Below are positions 31,472 to 42,132 of a stretch of DNA of 64,000 nucleotides, piece after piece. The notes under the pieces are model-generated. The model was not told the origin of the DNA and did no database searches. It saw only the letters and a list, made by a program, of their open reading frames with translations. Within the stretch, counting starts at the first letter, position 1. Each line of letters begins with the position of its first letter. The translations under genes were made by a program, and so were the position numbers. This DNA comes from Meyerozyma guilliermondii (lineage: Eukaryota). The stretch spans positions 806,001 to 870,000 of the forward strand of contig CP128816.1 in the NCBI GenBank assembly GCA_051546255.1, given 5' to 3'.

Positions 31472-31816
31472 CTAGAAAAGAGCAGCAGCAACGGCAGCGA
31501 CACCAGCAATGGCACCAGCAGCAACCTTACCGGCGCCATTCTCAGCAGTGGAGACGGCAGCGACAGTAGAAGAAGCTGGGGCAGCGCTAGATTCACCAGA
31601 AGCAGTCACGTAGGTGGTTGGGATGGTACAAGGACCGGTGATGGTCAAAGTGGTGGCCTCAGTCACAGTGATGGTCTTGTTGTTGACAACAAAAGCAGTG
31701 GACTCTGGGCAGTAAGTGGTGAAGTCAGTGACGACAACATCAGTGGTAACAGTGACGTTACCAGCAGCAACGTAAGAAGCAAGAGCAGCAGGAACAATAA
31801 CCTTAGAAAATTGCAT
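31472..31816 (-). CDS. Small GPI-anchored cell-wall mannoprotein (Pga59/Pga62/Ccw12 family)
   Basis: MQFSKV signal peptide, VVTDFTTYCPE...TVTEATTLTITGPCTI, ENGAGK..AGAIAGVAAVAAALF GPI signal; TATAAAA on minus strand at about 31867-31873. Confidence 0.9.
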   Translation of the reverse strand: MQFSKVIVPAALASYVAAGNVTVTTDVVVTDFTTYCPESTAFVVNNKTITVTEATTLTITGPCTIPTTYVTASGESSAAPASSTVAAVSTAENGAGKVAAGAIAGVAAVAAALF

Positions 31817-32672
31817 AGCGAATGTGAGTGTTAAAGAAAAAAAAATGCGAATGGCGATGACGAGATTTTTATAGTAAAAATGTTTGCAACCAGTGGCGGC
31901 TACCACCTGACTAATTTTTGTTATGGTCGTGCCGAATGCGGCAACCGTGGCGCTATATTGGCTGCATGGGCCGTCTCCTTTCCTGCAGATGCCTGGTTGT
32001 CCCGTCGGTGATTGCCAAACGCGAACAAATCCGTCCAAATACGGACACAAATCCCGCCACTCGCCGCACATGGCCATTTTACTAAAAATTTTCTGTGTCA
32101 AAATTTCACGCAATTCTCCGCATGCGCCTCACGTAGCCAGCCGAGCAGGGGTTCTAAAATTAGTGTCGGTTGCGGCAAAAGTGCATAAGGGGAGATACGA
32201 GAAGAGGGGAGATTAAGAGAAGAGACTAAAAGTATATGAAAACGATTTTCAAGTTTCATGTTTTGTGGGTCTAATTCGCTGAACTAAACATTATTTTTTG
32301 GCGTATTTTGCGATTTTGACAAATTTGTGAATTCGGCAAATTTTTCAAGTTTTGCGAGAATTCAGATATTCGCGATTTCTCGATTTTGTAAGATTGCTTA
32401 TTTACGTGAAGAGTGAGTGTGTTACGAATGACAGTAATATCGGTATGAGTGCTCCTGATCCTGAAAATAATCCATAAGGCCCGGGCTTGCACCGACGGTG
32501 AATCTCTATGCCCCTTTAACTTGTACCATAGCTATTTTTGCAAACCGAGAGCCAGCTACTTTCTGACCTTGCAATTAGCCAATTGACTATGAGCTTCTTT
32601 TCTGCGAATTCTGCTACGTGATATGAATGAAAAGGACAGAAATGACAGAAAATGACAAGATACGACAAATAA

Positions 32673-32720
32673 TGTTATGAAAGTGACAGAAAAGTGTTAT
32701 GAAAGTGACGGAAAAGTGAC
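32673..32720. repeat. 22-bp tandem repeat x2 (tgttatgaaagtgac[a/g]gaaaag)
   Basis: Read directly. Confidence 0.7.
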
Positions 32721-32828
32721 ATGATCGTGACTGAGCTCTAGCCATTCTACTAATTTTCCAATATCTACCATCTGATCCATTTACTTTTGCATTTATTGCT
32801 TCTGCTACTCAAGCTACTTTATTTCAGC

Positions 32829-33155
32829 TTATTCACCTGTCTTTGCATCCCGGCTCACCACCGTGTACGGGTATATTATTGCATTGTCAACGTCCCAAAT
32901 CCCCTCCTTGTAAAAGATGTCTTGCTTCAAAAACTCCACTACTTCTTGGCGGCTGTTTGCCCTAAGATTATAACTGGATCCAACAAACTTGGTTTTGTTG
33001 GTGTCGGCGAAAATTGGTCCTACATTAGTCACAACTCCCAGTTCCACCAATTGAGGTATTCTGGCCAAATGCTGACTACGGTACAAGAGGCGGTTAACAT
33101 TGGGACGATCGTAAACAACCACGAGCCATTCTGTAAGTGGAATCTTTTTCAACAT
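32829..33155 (-). CDS. YCII-related (dimeric alpha/beta barrel) protein
   Basis: EWLVVVYDRPN..R..R.QHL...GPI...GS...A.S..EV.EFLKQDIFYKEGIWD. Confidence 0.85.
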   Translation of the reverse strand: MLKKIPLTEWLVVVYDRPNVNRLLYRSQHLARIPQLVELGVVTNVGPIFADTNKTKFVGSSYNLRANSRQEVVEFLKQDIFYKEGIWDVDNAIIYPYTVVSRDAKTGE

Positions 33156-33440
33156 TGATAAGTATTAGCTGGAATTGAGAATGAGATATGGGGTTGGCAC
33201 GACGATTACAGCCTTCCCAGTTTTGAAGTTTTCCACTGTTTATCGCCATTGAGCCAACTAAAGAGAAGTTAAGGACATTGATATCAAGGACTTTGTGGTG
33301 GGTTACTAATAGCCTGGATTTGGCATCCTCAATTTTTCAATCCTCGGAGACCGCGGAGATAAAGGTTGCAAGCTCTTGCACCCTGCTGGACCATATAAAC
33401 TGAACTCCTCCCAACTCTTCTTCAAACTTCATCTCATCGA

Positions 33441-34460
33441 ATGAGAGTTACCAACAATTCAATTTCTCGTCTTGGAGCCTCTGGGCTTCGTATCAATCAT
33501 GCTGTGGTTGGTACCATGCTTCTTGGAAAAGTGGGCTATGAAAATTACAACGGAGTTTCTGACGAAGCCGAGTCAATTGCCATTTTGAAGCAGTGCTATG
33601 ATGCTGGGTTGCGTACGTTTGATACTGCTGATATTTACTCGGCCGGAAACAGTGAAAGGGTCATTGGAGAGTTTTTGAAGCAGCACAATATTCCCAGAGA
33701 AGATGTGGTTATTATGACCAAATGCTACTTTAGATTGGCTGATCGTCAAGGCGATAGCGGCAAGTTGCAGTTTAACGACAAAGGCTTATCCAGAAAGCAC
33801 ATTTTGGACGCCGTGAAAGACTCAGTTGCAAGATTGGGTACCTACATTGACTTGCTCCAAATTCACAGATACGACCCCGATGTTCCAGATGAGGAAATCA
33901 TGCGTGCTTTGAACGATGTTGTTGAAAGTGGTCAAGTCAGATACTTGGGTGCTTCGTCCATGAAATTGTACCAGTTTATTCAGTTGCAACACACCGCTGA
34001 AAAACACGGCTGGCACAAGTTTGTATCGATGCAGAGCATGTACAATTTGATCTACCGTGAAGATGAACGTGAGCTCAATGAATACTGTAACAAGACTGGT
34101 GTTGGTTTGATTCCATGGTCCCCCAATGCCAGAGGTTTACTTGCGGTTCCTTCCGACTCTGAAAAGACAAAAGAGAAACTCAAGAATACTATTGCAAACT
34201 CCTTTTTGGGAATCGATATGGAGCACGATAAGGTGATTATTGACCGAGTAGAAGAGATCAGCAACAAGATTGGCTGTACCATGGTTGAAGTAGCATGTGC
34301 GTGGTTAATTGCTAAAGGAACACACCCAATAATAGGTGTTACTCTGAGAGATGCCATTGAGCCTATGGTCAAATTGACTGAGATCAAGCTCACCGAGGAA
34401 CAGGTGAAGTATCTCGAGGAGCCATATCGTACCAAGGCTCCAGCTTGGGTTCCTCGGTGA
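33441..34460 (+). CDS. Aldo-keto reductase (aryl-alcohol dehydrogenase-like, YPL088W/Ifd/Csh1 family)
   Basis: TFDTADIYSAG.SE, GLSRKHI, YIDLLQIHR, VRYLGASSM, MQSMYNLIYRE, IPWSP. Confidence 0.92.
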   Translation: MRVTNNSISRLGASGLRINHAVVGTMLLGKVGYENYNGVSDEAESIAILKQCYDAGLRTFDTADIYSAGNSERVIGEFLKQHNIPREDVVIMTKCYFRLADRQGDSGKLQFNDKGLSRKHILDAVKDSVARLGTYIDLLQIHRYDPDVPDEEIMRALNDVVESGQVRYLGASSMKLYQFIQLQHTAEKHGWHKFVSMQSMYNLIYREDERELNEYCNKTGVGLIPWSPNARGLLAVPSDSEKTKEKLKNTIANSFLGIDMEHDKVIIDRVEEISNKIGCTMVEVACAWLIAKGTHPIIGVTLRDAIEPMVKLTEIKLTEEQVKYLEEPYRTKAPAWVPR

Positions 34461-34784
34461 ACGATATAGAACAATTGATTAAAAAAAATCTAGCTTGTAT
34501 GCGAGCTTGAATGTACTCACAAGGCCGTGTTTTGGAATTAACGGTACGTTAACTCTGCTCAAAGTCGCCTAAACCAAAGGCGAATAGCATTCGATTCAGA
34601 TACGCTTAGCTAGTTTGATCTTCAATAAAGGATTGTCCTTCATATTCAGGCTAGACGAAATGGTAGCAAAGTAACCAACTACACCCTCAATTCTCACTAA
34701 TAATTGTATATACTCTTCTCCTTATTCTTTCCACTCCATCGTTAACTTTATTCGAAATCTACCGCCTGGCAGGCACCAAATAAA

Positions 34785-34936
34785 ATCACCGACAAAGTCG
34801 AGTTGACGAAATCAAAAATTAAAAGACCCACACTTCCAAGCGGAAGTTGGCACTTTCCATGCAGCGCTGTGCAATGCAAACATAGAAAAGTGGTTCCAGA
34901 GCTTCTTGATCCTCTGTAACATCTCGAGGTAAGTAT
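34785..34936 (-). ncRNA. SNR19: U1 spliceosomal snRNA
   Basis: Minus strand begins ATACTTACCT; stem-loop I CAGAG-GATCAAGAAG-CTCTG (U1-70K loop); stem-loop II with ATTGCAC (U1A loop); short SLIII ACTTCC-GCTT-GGAAGT; Sm site AATTTTTGA (34812-34820); 3' end approximate. Confidence 0.93.
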
Positions 34937-34960
34937 GAAGATTTTTTTGAGAACACCGCG

Positions 34961-34968
34961 CTTTTATA
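34961..34968 (-). promoter_or_regulatory. TATA box of the U1 gene (TATAAAAG)
   Basis: 25-32 nt upstream of the U1 5' end. Confidence 0.6.
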
Positions 34969-35017
34969 GTGGGCGGTCGTGCCCGCGCACATAATGCTTT
35001 TCGCAGCCATTTTACTT

Positions 35018-37267
35018 TTATTTAGTTTTACTCCATATCGCCAACCTAGTCAATGTTTCTCCACTATTGCGAACCAAAACATATTTATCCTTGTGGTCCG
35101 CCGAGATACATCCAATACCAGTGCAATTGCCAAGTTTCAAGTTGTATGCTCCACTTGTCACAAAACCAATGAGCTCTTTGAGGTCGGGTTTATCGGCACA
35201 AGTGCCATTTCTATAAGCGTTTAGAAGAGACCTCGGAACCCTGTAGATTCTGGCATGGTCAGAAATGGTACCTTTGTTAATCAATTCAAGTTTGATTTGG
35301 TGGACGGGAAGTGGAGGAAATATGGGCTCCACCTTATAAGTACCGGCTGCAAATTGTTGATGAAATGAGTTGTTTTTGTCAAAAAGCTCAATGAGTACCT
35401 TGTTGTGATCTTGACTAAGACGAGAGTCCTCAATTGCCAAAAAAAGATCATTCATTGAGTGGATTTCCCTCGCTGTGAATGCATCGAAAAGTCCATATGC
35501 TACTCCATCCAGTACGCTTGGATGCAATTTGGTACCAAATATGATTTTTTGTAAGAAGAACCAGTCGCACCCAAAGGGGTCAACGGTGTTCTCAAACTGG
35601 CGGTAGTCTTTCCGTTTTGATTGTGGAAGCTTATCGTGAACAGATTTGGAAACTGTCAGTCGAACGAGGTTCTCAGACCATCCTTGGGCTAAAAATGGAT
35701 AATCAGTGGGAAACGTGGGATGTCCCCTTTCGTAGTTTATTTGGTGTAACTGCTTGGCACCACCAACATGAACCTCTGGAACCAGAACTAGCTTGATCCA
35801 GAGTGGTAGGATCCAGAACCATGGACAAATTACGCACCAAGTAGTCGCAGTTTTGGTGACGAAAATGGGAATCGAGGGCAGGCTGTCAATGACAAACTTG
35901 GCTATGGAGTTGGCGAGAGGAGATGTGCGCTGGAATTGGTCCGATAGCTGCTTGGTTGTGTGTTGGTTTTTGTATGAATTATTTCGAAGTTCGGAACTCA
36001 ACAAGGCAGCGGCATGGGGAGCATCAGTGGTTGAGGTTGCGTCGGAACTGGACATGGAAATGATAAGATCTGGAAGCGACGGTTGAGGTTCACTCACGGG
36101 AGGCCGTCTGGAGTGTTTCCAGAACCGTGGGTCCTTCATGCCAAGAACAAATGTAGTTCCCACGGGAACAGAATCGCAGTTATATCTGGAAATTTGCAAC
36201 CATTTTGTCGATGAAGGACCATTTTCAACATGAACCACCCTACTGAGACACGACAAGGCACGAGGACCTGCCAATTCCAAACTTCCGAGAGCATAGCGAC
36301 AGTCGTAAATTGTATCTGAGTTCAGTTGGACAAATTCAAAGACTTCAGTGAAAACGGCAGGATGCACTCTTATCATGACAGACGATTCAAAGCACCACAC
36401 CAAGCCTTTGGTAACCTTGTGTGGAGCATAGATCCAGCCATGGTATGTCTTTTGAGAAGGTTCCCCAATTCTATTGGTGAGTTTGGCTACTAAAGCCTGG
36501 ACGTTGCTGGATTTTGCAACCATGGTTCCATAGTACAGTGTTTCGTGAGCAATGGCTCCTGTACGAGCTGCTCTGTTCGTGGCTCGGTAGCACTTTTGGG
36601 TTGGGCGCTGAGGGATCTGGAACCCCCATTGCTTTATCATATGGAATCGTTTGGCGTGCCAAATATGAGTCGGAGTCCAAACGAAGCGGAGTTGTCGTTT
36701 GGCATAGCGGCGACCAGGAGGAGGACTGGCGAGTTTGTTTTCACCAACTATGTCGCAAGAGCCCATATCATTGTTCAAGATAGGTTTTGAGTCCGAACTT
36801 GACTCTTTCCTGATATCTTCAATTTGCTTGGAGAGACTCTTTATTCGTTCTCGCACAGTTCCCGAGCCCTCAGACGGCAATTGACGGAGCATACGAAGCT
36901 TGGCAGCAAGCTTTAACAACTTTCGAGACATTTTCAACCGGTACAACTTCCGGCCTCGTACTCCAGGTTTGGTGGCAGATGGGCCCGAAGCGCCGGCCAG
37001 CGACTGGTGCATTTCTCTCAATGCCCGGTTTCGGAGTCTTTTAGGGATCCGCTTGACATTGTGGGACGCTGCTCTTCGTCTGAGTGTTCTGGGAAGACTC
37101 TGGAAAACTCTGGTGGACGAGGCGTACTTGGAATTGAGCTGAGCTTGTTCCATCGACTTGATTTCAAACTCACGAGATGCCACGAATTCCGGTACTGAAA
37201 GCACCCCATCTTTCAACGATGGGTCGGCATTCTCGCTGCGAATGACTCTCGCTGATTTGGGCGGCAT
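35018..37267 (-). CDS. POP1: RNase P/MRP subunit Pop1
   Basis: FVASREFEI, RVFQSLPRTLRRRAASHNVKRIP, PTHIWHAKRFHM, FPTDYP, IGFVTSGAYNL; first plausible ATG at 37267. Confidence 0.95.
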   Translation of the reverse strand: MPPKSARVIRSENADPSLKDGVLSVPEFVASREFEIKSMEQAQLNSKYASSTRVFQSLPRTLRRRAASHNVKRIPKRLRNRALREMHQSLAGASGPSATKPGVRGRKLYRLKMSRKLLKLAAKLRMLRQLPSEGSGTVRERIKSLSKQIEDIRKESSSDSKPILNNDMGSCDIVGENKLASPPPGRRYAKRQLRFVWTPTHIWHAKRFHMIKQWGFQIPQRPTQKCYRATNRAARTGAIAHETLYYGTMVAKSSNVQALVAKLTNRIGEPSQKTYHGWIYAPHKVTKGLVWCFESSVMIRVHPAVFTEVFEFVQLNSDTIYDCRYALGSLELAGPRALSCLSRVVHVENGPSSTKWLQISRYNCDSVPVGTTFVLGMKDPRFWKHSRRPPVSEPQPSLPDLIISMSSSDATSTTDAPHAAALLSSELRNNSYKNQHTTKQLSDQFQRTSPLANSIAKFVIDSLPSIPIFVTKTATTWCVICPWFWILPLWIKLVLVPEVHVGGAKQLHQINYERGHPTFPTDYPFLAQGWSENLVRLTVSKSVHDKLPQSKRKDYRQFENTVDPFGCDWFFLQKIIFGTKLHPSVLDGVAYGLFDAFTAREIHSMNDLFLAIEDSRLSQDHNKVLIELFDKNNSFHQQFAAGTYKVEPIFPPLPVHQIKLELINKGTISDHARIYRVPRSLLNAYRNGTCADKPDLKELIGFVTSGAYNLKLGNCTGIGCISADHKDKYVLVRNSGETLTRLAIWSKTK

Positions 37268-37440
37268 CGATGGAAAAGATGAAAATGAGATCAGTGAGTC
37301 TGGAGATGAAAAGTTCGCGATGAGAATAAAGATGGTGAGAATACAATGATAAGAATACAAATGATAAGAATACACACTATATTAAGATGATAAGATACAA
37401 TTTATTATGCAATGCTAGGCTATGCCGTCTACTTGGTGCT

Positions 37441-38112
37441 CTAATAGTACGCTACACCATACAATGTCTGCAAGTGGGTGTGTTCTCGCTGCCATTCGGT
37501 CAAAATTCGCATCATGTTGTCTTCCAATAGTAACTCCGATTCGTCTTCAAAACTGCCGTTTTTCCGCTTTTCCTTGGCTCTCTCCTTGAACTCGTGGATC
37601 ATCGTCACTAACTTGACGATCCCCTTGGCTCCTATGAATGCATTTTCGTTGTCATCTTTGATGTCCACGTTAACCACATGAACCACCTGCTTGACTTCTG
37701 TGTCCGCGTCTTCCTTGTTCACGAGTCTATACATTAAGTCGTCAATCACAGAGTCAAAACAACGCTCCTCACACGTTATAACCAAGTCAAACTTACCAGC
37801 ATAAGCATTGGCGTGCCATTTCTCTGGAGCTCGTTTTACATGTCGATTACGATTTAACATATGAATCAACCCGTTGGACTCGTACATCTTGTGGGCTTCC
37901 TGGCTCATCAAGTCGTTGTATATATCTTCGTACGGAGTTCCAAACTCGTATACGTTCGGTCTGTCGATCAGAGGACCTGGAAGTCGAACGGCAGATCCAG
38001 TGCCAAACGACTTTACATCATACCCAGCATCTTTTAATTGTTTGTGTGACTCCATGGACCGGTTATTATTGGAGGCACAGACTGTGCATATCTTAAGGCT
38101 GTCGATGGCCAT
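37441..38112 (-). CDS. SSU72: RNA Pol II CTD phosphatase Ssu72
   Basis: VCASNNNRSMESH, FGTGSAVRLPG, ITCEERCFD. Confidence 0.97.
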   Translation of the reverse strand: MAIDSLKICTVCASNNNRSMESHKQLKDAGYDVKSFGTGSAVRLPGPLIDRPNVYEFGTPYEDIYNDLMSQEAHKMYESNGLIHMLNRNRHVKRAPEKWHANAYAGKFDLVITCEERCFDSVIDDLMYRLVNKEDADTEVKQVVHVVNVDIKDDNENAFIGAKGIVKLVTMIHEFKERAKEKRKNGSFEDESELLLEDNMMRILTEWQREHTHLQTLYGVAYY

Positions 38113-38516
38113 GTTGGGAGGGAAGTGAATGTGAGGATTGAGAGTGAATTGTTCGCGCAGAATTTCGAAGCTGCGAATGCTGCGAATTCAGAAATGGATG
38201 CGAAATGGACTGAGATAGAAAATAGAGAATAGGCAGTAGTATGGGTAGAATAATGAATTACGAGACCAAAAGGTAGATCTATATATATTTGGTATCTACG
38301 AGTTATAGAATCCCAGCTTCGTTTGGGAAAAATGTTCCACCTTATGACCTAGAGAGCCGTAGACATTATCGATAAGTATAAGCAATGCTTTTATCTTACT
38401 GTCTTCCCTTCAAGCCCAGAGAGCAGCCATTCCATACCTTTCTGCCTTTAATATTTTTTGGAAAGCCAATACCCACTCTTCATGCTCTTCTCGAGCTCTG
38501 ATTACATGCCCGCATG

Positions 38517-39725
38517 CTAATCCACGATCACCATCGACGACTCGCTGTCGAAATCAGCCTCCGCACCTGCCGTCGCAGACCGGTTGTTTTGGCCCAAATC
38601 AATAAAATCTTCTCTTTCCACCTCGACGTAATCGTTGTAATTTCGAGCCTCGTGGAAATGGATGATTTTGTTGCCAGTAGTGCGTCTTTTAAGATCTGTG
38701 TAGTCTTCATTATTCTTCAAAACGATTCCTGCCATCATAGATGGGTCCATGTCGCTTATATCTAGCTTCTGATACAGACTGGAATGGTAAGACCCAACAC
38801 CAGCGCTGACATTCTGTGGGTAATGAGGATCCAAGTACAACAACGATGTGCCCTGATAGCCAAAGAAGTATAGGCTTGAGGATGGTTTTCCCCCGGCTAT
38901 GCCAGCAGACTGTGGTACCTCCAAAAGCTGGAGCAAGCTGGAATGGTACACATTATTGACATGGTCTATGCCTAGACGGAGAGGAAGAAGAAGAAGAACG
39001 GGAAAGGTCTGGATCTGGTCATCGTAGATATCACCGCTCTCGCACACAAGCACCGAAAGTGGCACGTTTGTCGAGGAATTTCGTGCTTCACAGAGCCGTT
39101 TAATGGACAAAGAAGCAGCACTGGGACCAAACCATTGGCCAGGTCGTACTCTAAGCGGCAGATCTGACGCTACTTTCACAAAATTATGGAGCGAGAACGC
39201 CGCTGAGCTCGTGTCAGCAAACAATTCCACATCGACCTCATAGCCCGCTCGGTCTATGGCGTTCGCAAGCACACTTTGCGACGTTCGAATCATACATCCC
39301 CATCCCACATCGGTGGTAAAATTGTCATTGTCCACCAAACTGTGGATATTGGCAAACGTATTGCCCACATTCTTATTAAAGATCATCGACTGGACAAAAC
39401 TAAGTGGCAGAGGTCCATCTTCATGTTTTTTGATAGGTTCGAACCCCAGTCTATACGACATCCAGTACCGTTTTTTCACTTGTTTTTGTACCTCCAGGTC
39501 TCCTTCTCGATCCCGGTCTCCTTCTCGGTACGTATGACCCAAAATAACCACCGGTTCGGCCGTAATTGATTCCAGCAGCAGCCTTGTGAGCAGCAGCCAA
39601 AACTGACTGAGTCGGTGCAGCGGCTCCGAGTTCATTTTATTGTCACTGATGTGGTCCTGAGATGTTGCTGGAAGCTCCTGGGATGTTTTCGTCGTTTCAA
39701 ACTGGTTTTTCGTGTCCCAGGTCAT
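38517..39725 (-). CDS. ATG4: Cysteine protease Atg4
   Basis: FTTDVGWGCMIRTSQ, PGQWFGPS, GIAGGKPSSSLYF, YLDPH; start either 39725 or 39635. Confidence 0.95.
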   Translation of the reverse strand: MTWDTKNQFETTKTSQELPATSQDHISDNKMNSEPLHRLSQFWLLLTRLLLESITAEPVVILGHTYREGDRDREGDLEVQKQVKKRYWMSYRLGFEPIKKHEDGPLPLSFVQSMIFNKNVGNTFANIHSLVDNDNFTTDVGWGCMIRTSQSVLANAIDRAGYEVDVELFADTSSAAFSLHNFVKVASDLPLRVRPGQWFGPSAASLSIKRLCEARNSSTNVPLSVLVCESGDIYDDQIQTFPVLLLLPLRLGIDHVNNVYHSSLLQLLEVPQSAGIAGGKPSSSLYFFGYQGTSLLYLDPHYPQNVSAGVGSYHSSLYQKLDISDMDPSMMAGIVLKNNEDYTDLKRRTTGNKIIHFHEARNYNDYVEVEREDFIDLGQNNRSATAGAEADFDSESSMVIVD

Positions 39726-39847
39726 CCTCTTTGTATCGCCACGGTCTGGTCTTGTGGTGCACACAGAATACTAACGTGGGGCCAGCAGGTGCACCGGTGC
39801 GACTGCGATCCGATAAGGCTGCTGTGATGAGCGCGCGGCGATTTTGT

Positions 39848-42097
39848 ATGGCTCGTGGGAACAGAAGAAATGGGTCCCGTCGTGGTCTGGGAACCACAGG
39901 CTCGTCTGGATCATCCAGGGGTCGCAACAACAAGAATAGAGGGCGTGGAGGTTCAAGTAGTACCTCCAGGAGAGCCGCAAATGGAGGTAAGCGTGCAGGA
40001 GCTGGAAAATTCAACGCTCCGGAGCTCATGGATTTGGATTTTGGAGCCATAGACGATGTTAATATGGGCACTGGGTCGATGAGAAGTCTCTCCAAGAGAC
40101 CTGGGCGCAACACTATGATGCAGGAGGCTTTTTTGACATCAAAACATACAGATAGATTCGTTGGTGAGCCGTTGCGAAAACGGCCCATCGAGTTCATCAA
40201 GGCGAAGGAAGTGTACGACCCACGTGCTATTCTTGAGAAGGTGATAAACAAGGATGAAGCGAATGATGCGGACGAAGCAACGGATATTACTGTTAGTTTG
40301 CGCGAGACTACGATTGCGGAGCAAAACGAAGACAACGTCAATTTGGATCATGATGAGAATGAGAAAGAGAATGAGAAGGAGGATGTGGAGGACCAAAAAC
40401 CAGTCGAAAAAGATGAGGAGTCGAAGGATAATCTTGAAGGTTTAAGAGAAGCCATCGAAAATGATGAAAAAGTCAAAAGCGCAAAGATTGACGACGAGAC
40501 TCTCGAGCAACCAACTATAGAGATGGAAGACAGCGACAATGAAGACGACTCTCAAAGCGATAGCGAAGGCTTTTTTATCGACACCTCGGCGCAACCTACC
40601 AACTCACCACCCGCCTATGTTCCCCCCAATGACATCGGTCCCAACATCGACTACGACCCAGTATTGACTATTGGGAACGTTCAGTTACACACAAGCGGTG
40701 CTGGCAACGATATTACCGCATCGGTCAGATCTTCTACACATCACGATGAGTTAGATCTGCTTGATGAGTTCAGTGATTCAGAGTCCGACGAAGACGCATA
40801 TGCTGACTATATTCGTCAATTGAACGAACAGGATCTGTCAGAAGAACTTTCCCTGTCAGACTCAGAAAATGAGAGTGCTTCGACTGACGCTAATGTGTCT
40901 TCGACTAATTCTCCCCAAATAGTAGAGTACGGTTTTCTTTCCGAGGACTATGAGTTTGATGTGTCTCAAATATCGGTGACAAATGTCCGGTTTGGTATCA
41001 AGAACCAATTTTACTCGAGATGTTTGGAGTTGACTGGCTCAGTAGATGACTACATGTGGGTTGATGAGGACGATTTAATCGATTTTGTGACTCTGAAAGG
41101 AGTCAAGGAGCATCGCTTGGAAAGCTTCTTAAGCTATATTACCAACGGAATGATCAACAAAACCGAAAACGACGAAGAGGAAGAGCAAGAAGTGTACGTT
41201 TCATCAGATTCAGAAAGCGACCGCGAGATTTACGGAGGAACCGCTCCCGAAATCGAAGAAGATGATGATGGTATTGCGGATTTAGTGGCATTTTCGAAAT
41301 CACTGACAAAGTTCAGAGACACAATAGACACTTCTGCTGTTGGCACGACGGGCAAAGGATCGAGAAAACAGCTCGATTTGGAGCGTTTTGCTCAATATGA
41401 ACTTGACGATGATATCATTGATTCGCTTCAGCAACAGTACAAGATCCGCCGTGAGTCCAAGAAAAGCAAGAAACAACAGCATCAGGACGAATTGATGGAA
41501 GAGGGTCTTAACAAGTACAATCTTCTTTTGAAGTACCCCTACACATTACACATAAAGGACATTAAAGACGAGTTTGAATCTTTTCTTCATAACCCAGCGA
41601 GAGACGACCTTTCGTTTCCTCCATTGGATCCTCATGGAAACAAAACTTTGACCAAGATGGCCAAATGCTATAATTGTAAATCAGCAACCCAAGGAAAAGG
41701 TATTCGAAGGTATATTCGAGTTTCCAAGTACAAACGTACTTTCAAGTATCTTCCCGATTATGGTCATATCAATGCCATTTTGAGACAGCGTCCGGTGTTT
41801 AATCGAGTCGATCAAAAGCGACCCAAAGAGGAATATATAGCCACCGATGGAAACGCCACGAAAGATCGTATTCGACAAAGAAACAAGTCAGGACACAACG
41901 CTTATATACCCGAGGGACATATTGTCGGTGGAATGGCACCAGAAATTGACCACACGAATGTTGGTCGACAACTTTTGGAAAAGCTTGGTTGGGTCAAAGG
42001 TGAAGGATTGGGAGCTCATGGCAATAAGGGAATCAGTGAGCCACTTGTGGCTACCGTCAAAAAATCTAAAACGGGGTTGGGTCAAACGAGGTATTAG
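39848..42097 (+). CDS. SQS1: R3H + G-patch protein Sqs1/Pfa1
   Basis: FPPLDPHGNKTL (R3H); NVGRQLLEKLGWVKGEGLG...GISEP...K.K.GLG (G-patch); start 39827 or 39848. Confidence 0.92.
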   Translation: MARGNRRNGSRRGLGTTGSSGSSRGRNNKNRGRGGSSSTSRRAANGGKRAGAGKFNAPELMDLDFGAIDDVNMGTGSMRSLSKRPGRNTMMQEAFLTSKHTDRFVGEPLRKRPIEFIKAKEVYDPRAILEKVINKDEANDADEATDITVSLRETTIAEQNEDNVNLDHDENEKENEKEDVEDQKPVEKDEESKDNLEGLREAIENDEKVKSAKIDDETLEQPTIEMEDSDNEDDSQSDSEGFFIDTSAQPTNSPPAYVPPNDIGPNIDYDPVLTIGNVQLHTSGAGNDITASVRSSTHHDELDLLDEFSDSESDEDAYADYIRQLNEQDLSEELSLSDSENESASTDANVSSTNSPQIVEYGFLSEDYEFDVSQISVTNVRFGIKNQFYSRCLELTGSVDDYMWVDEDDLIDFVTLKGVKEHRLESFLSYITNGMINKTENDEEEEQEVYVSSDSESDREIYGGTAPEIEEDDDGIADLVAFSKSLTKFRDTIDTSAVGTTGKGSRKQLDLERFAQYELDDDIIDSLQQQYKIRRESKKSKKQQHQDELMEEGLNKYNLLLKYPYTLHIKDIKDEFESFLHNPARDDLSFPPLDPHGNKTLTKMAKCYNCKSATQGKGIRRYIRVSKYKRTFKYLPDYGHINAILRQRPVFNRVDQKRPKEEYIATDGNATKDRIRQRNKSGHNAYIPEGHIVGGMAPEIDHTNVGRQLLEKLGWVKGEGLGAHGNKGISEPLVATVKKSKTGLGQTRY

Positions 42098-42132
42098 ACA
42101 AAAAGATTTATAGAATGCATTACTATTATTCT

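Noticed and set aside
39662..39764. Apparent head-to-head overlap of the ATG4 and SQS1 ORFs
   Set aside because: Caused by non-ATG starts in the ORF track; real ATGs leave at least about 100 bp between them
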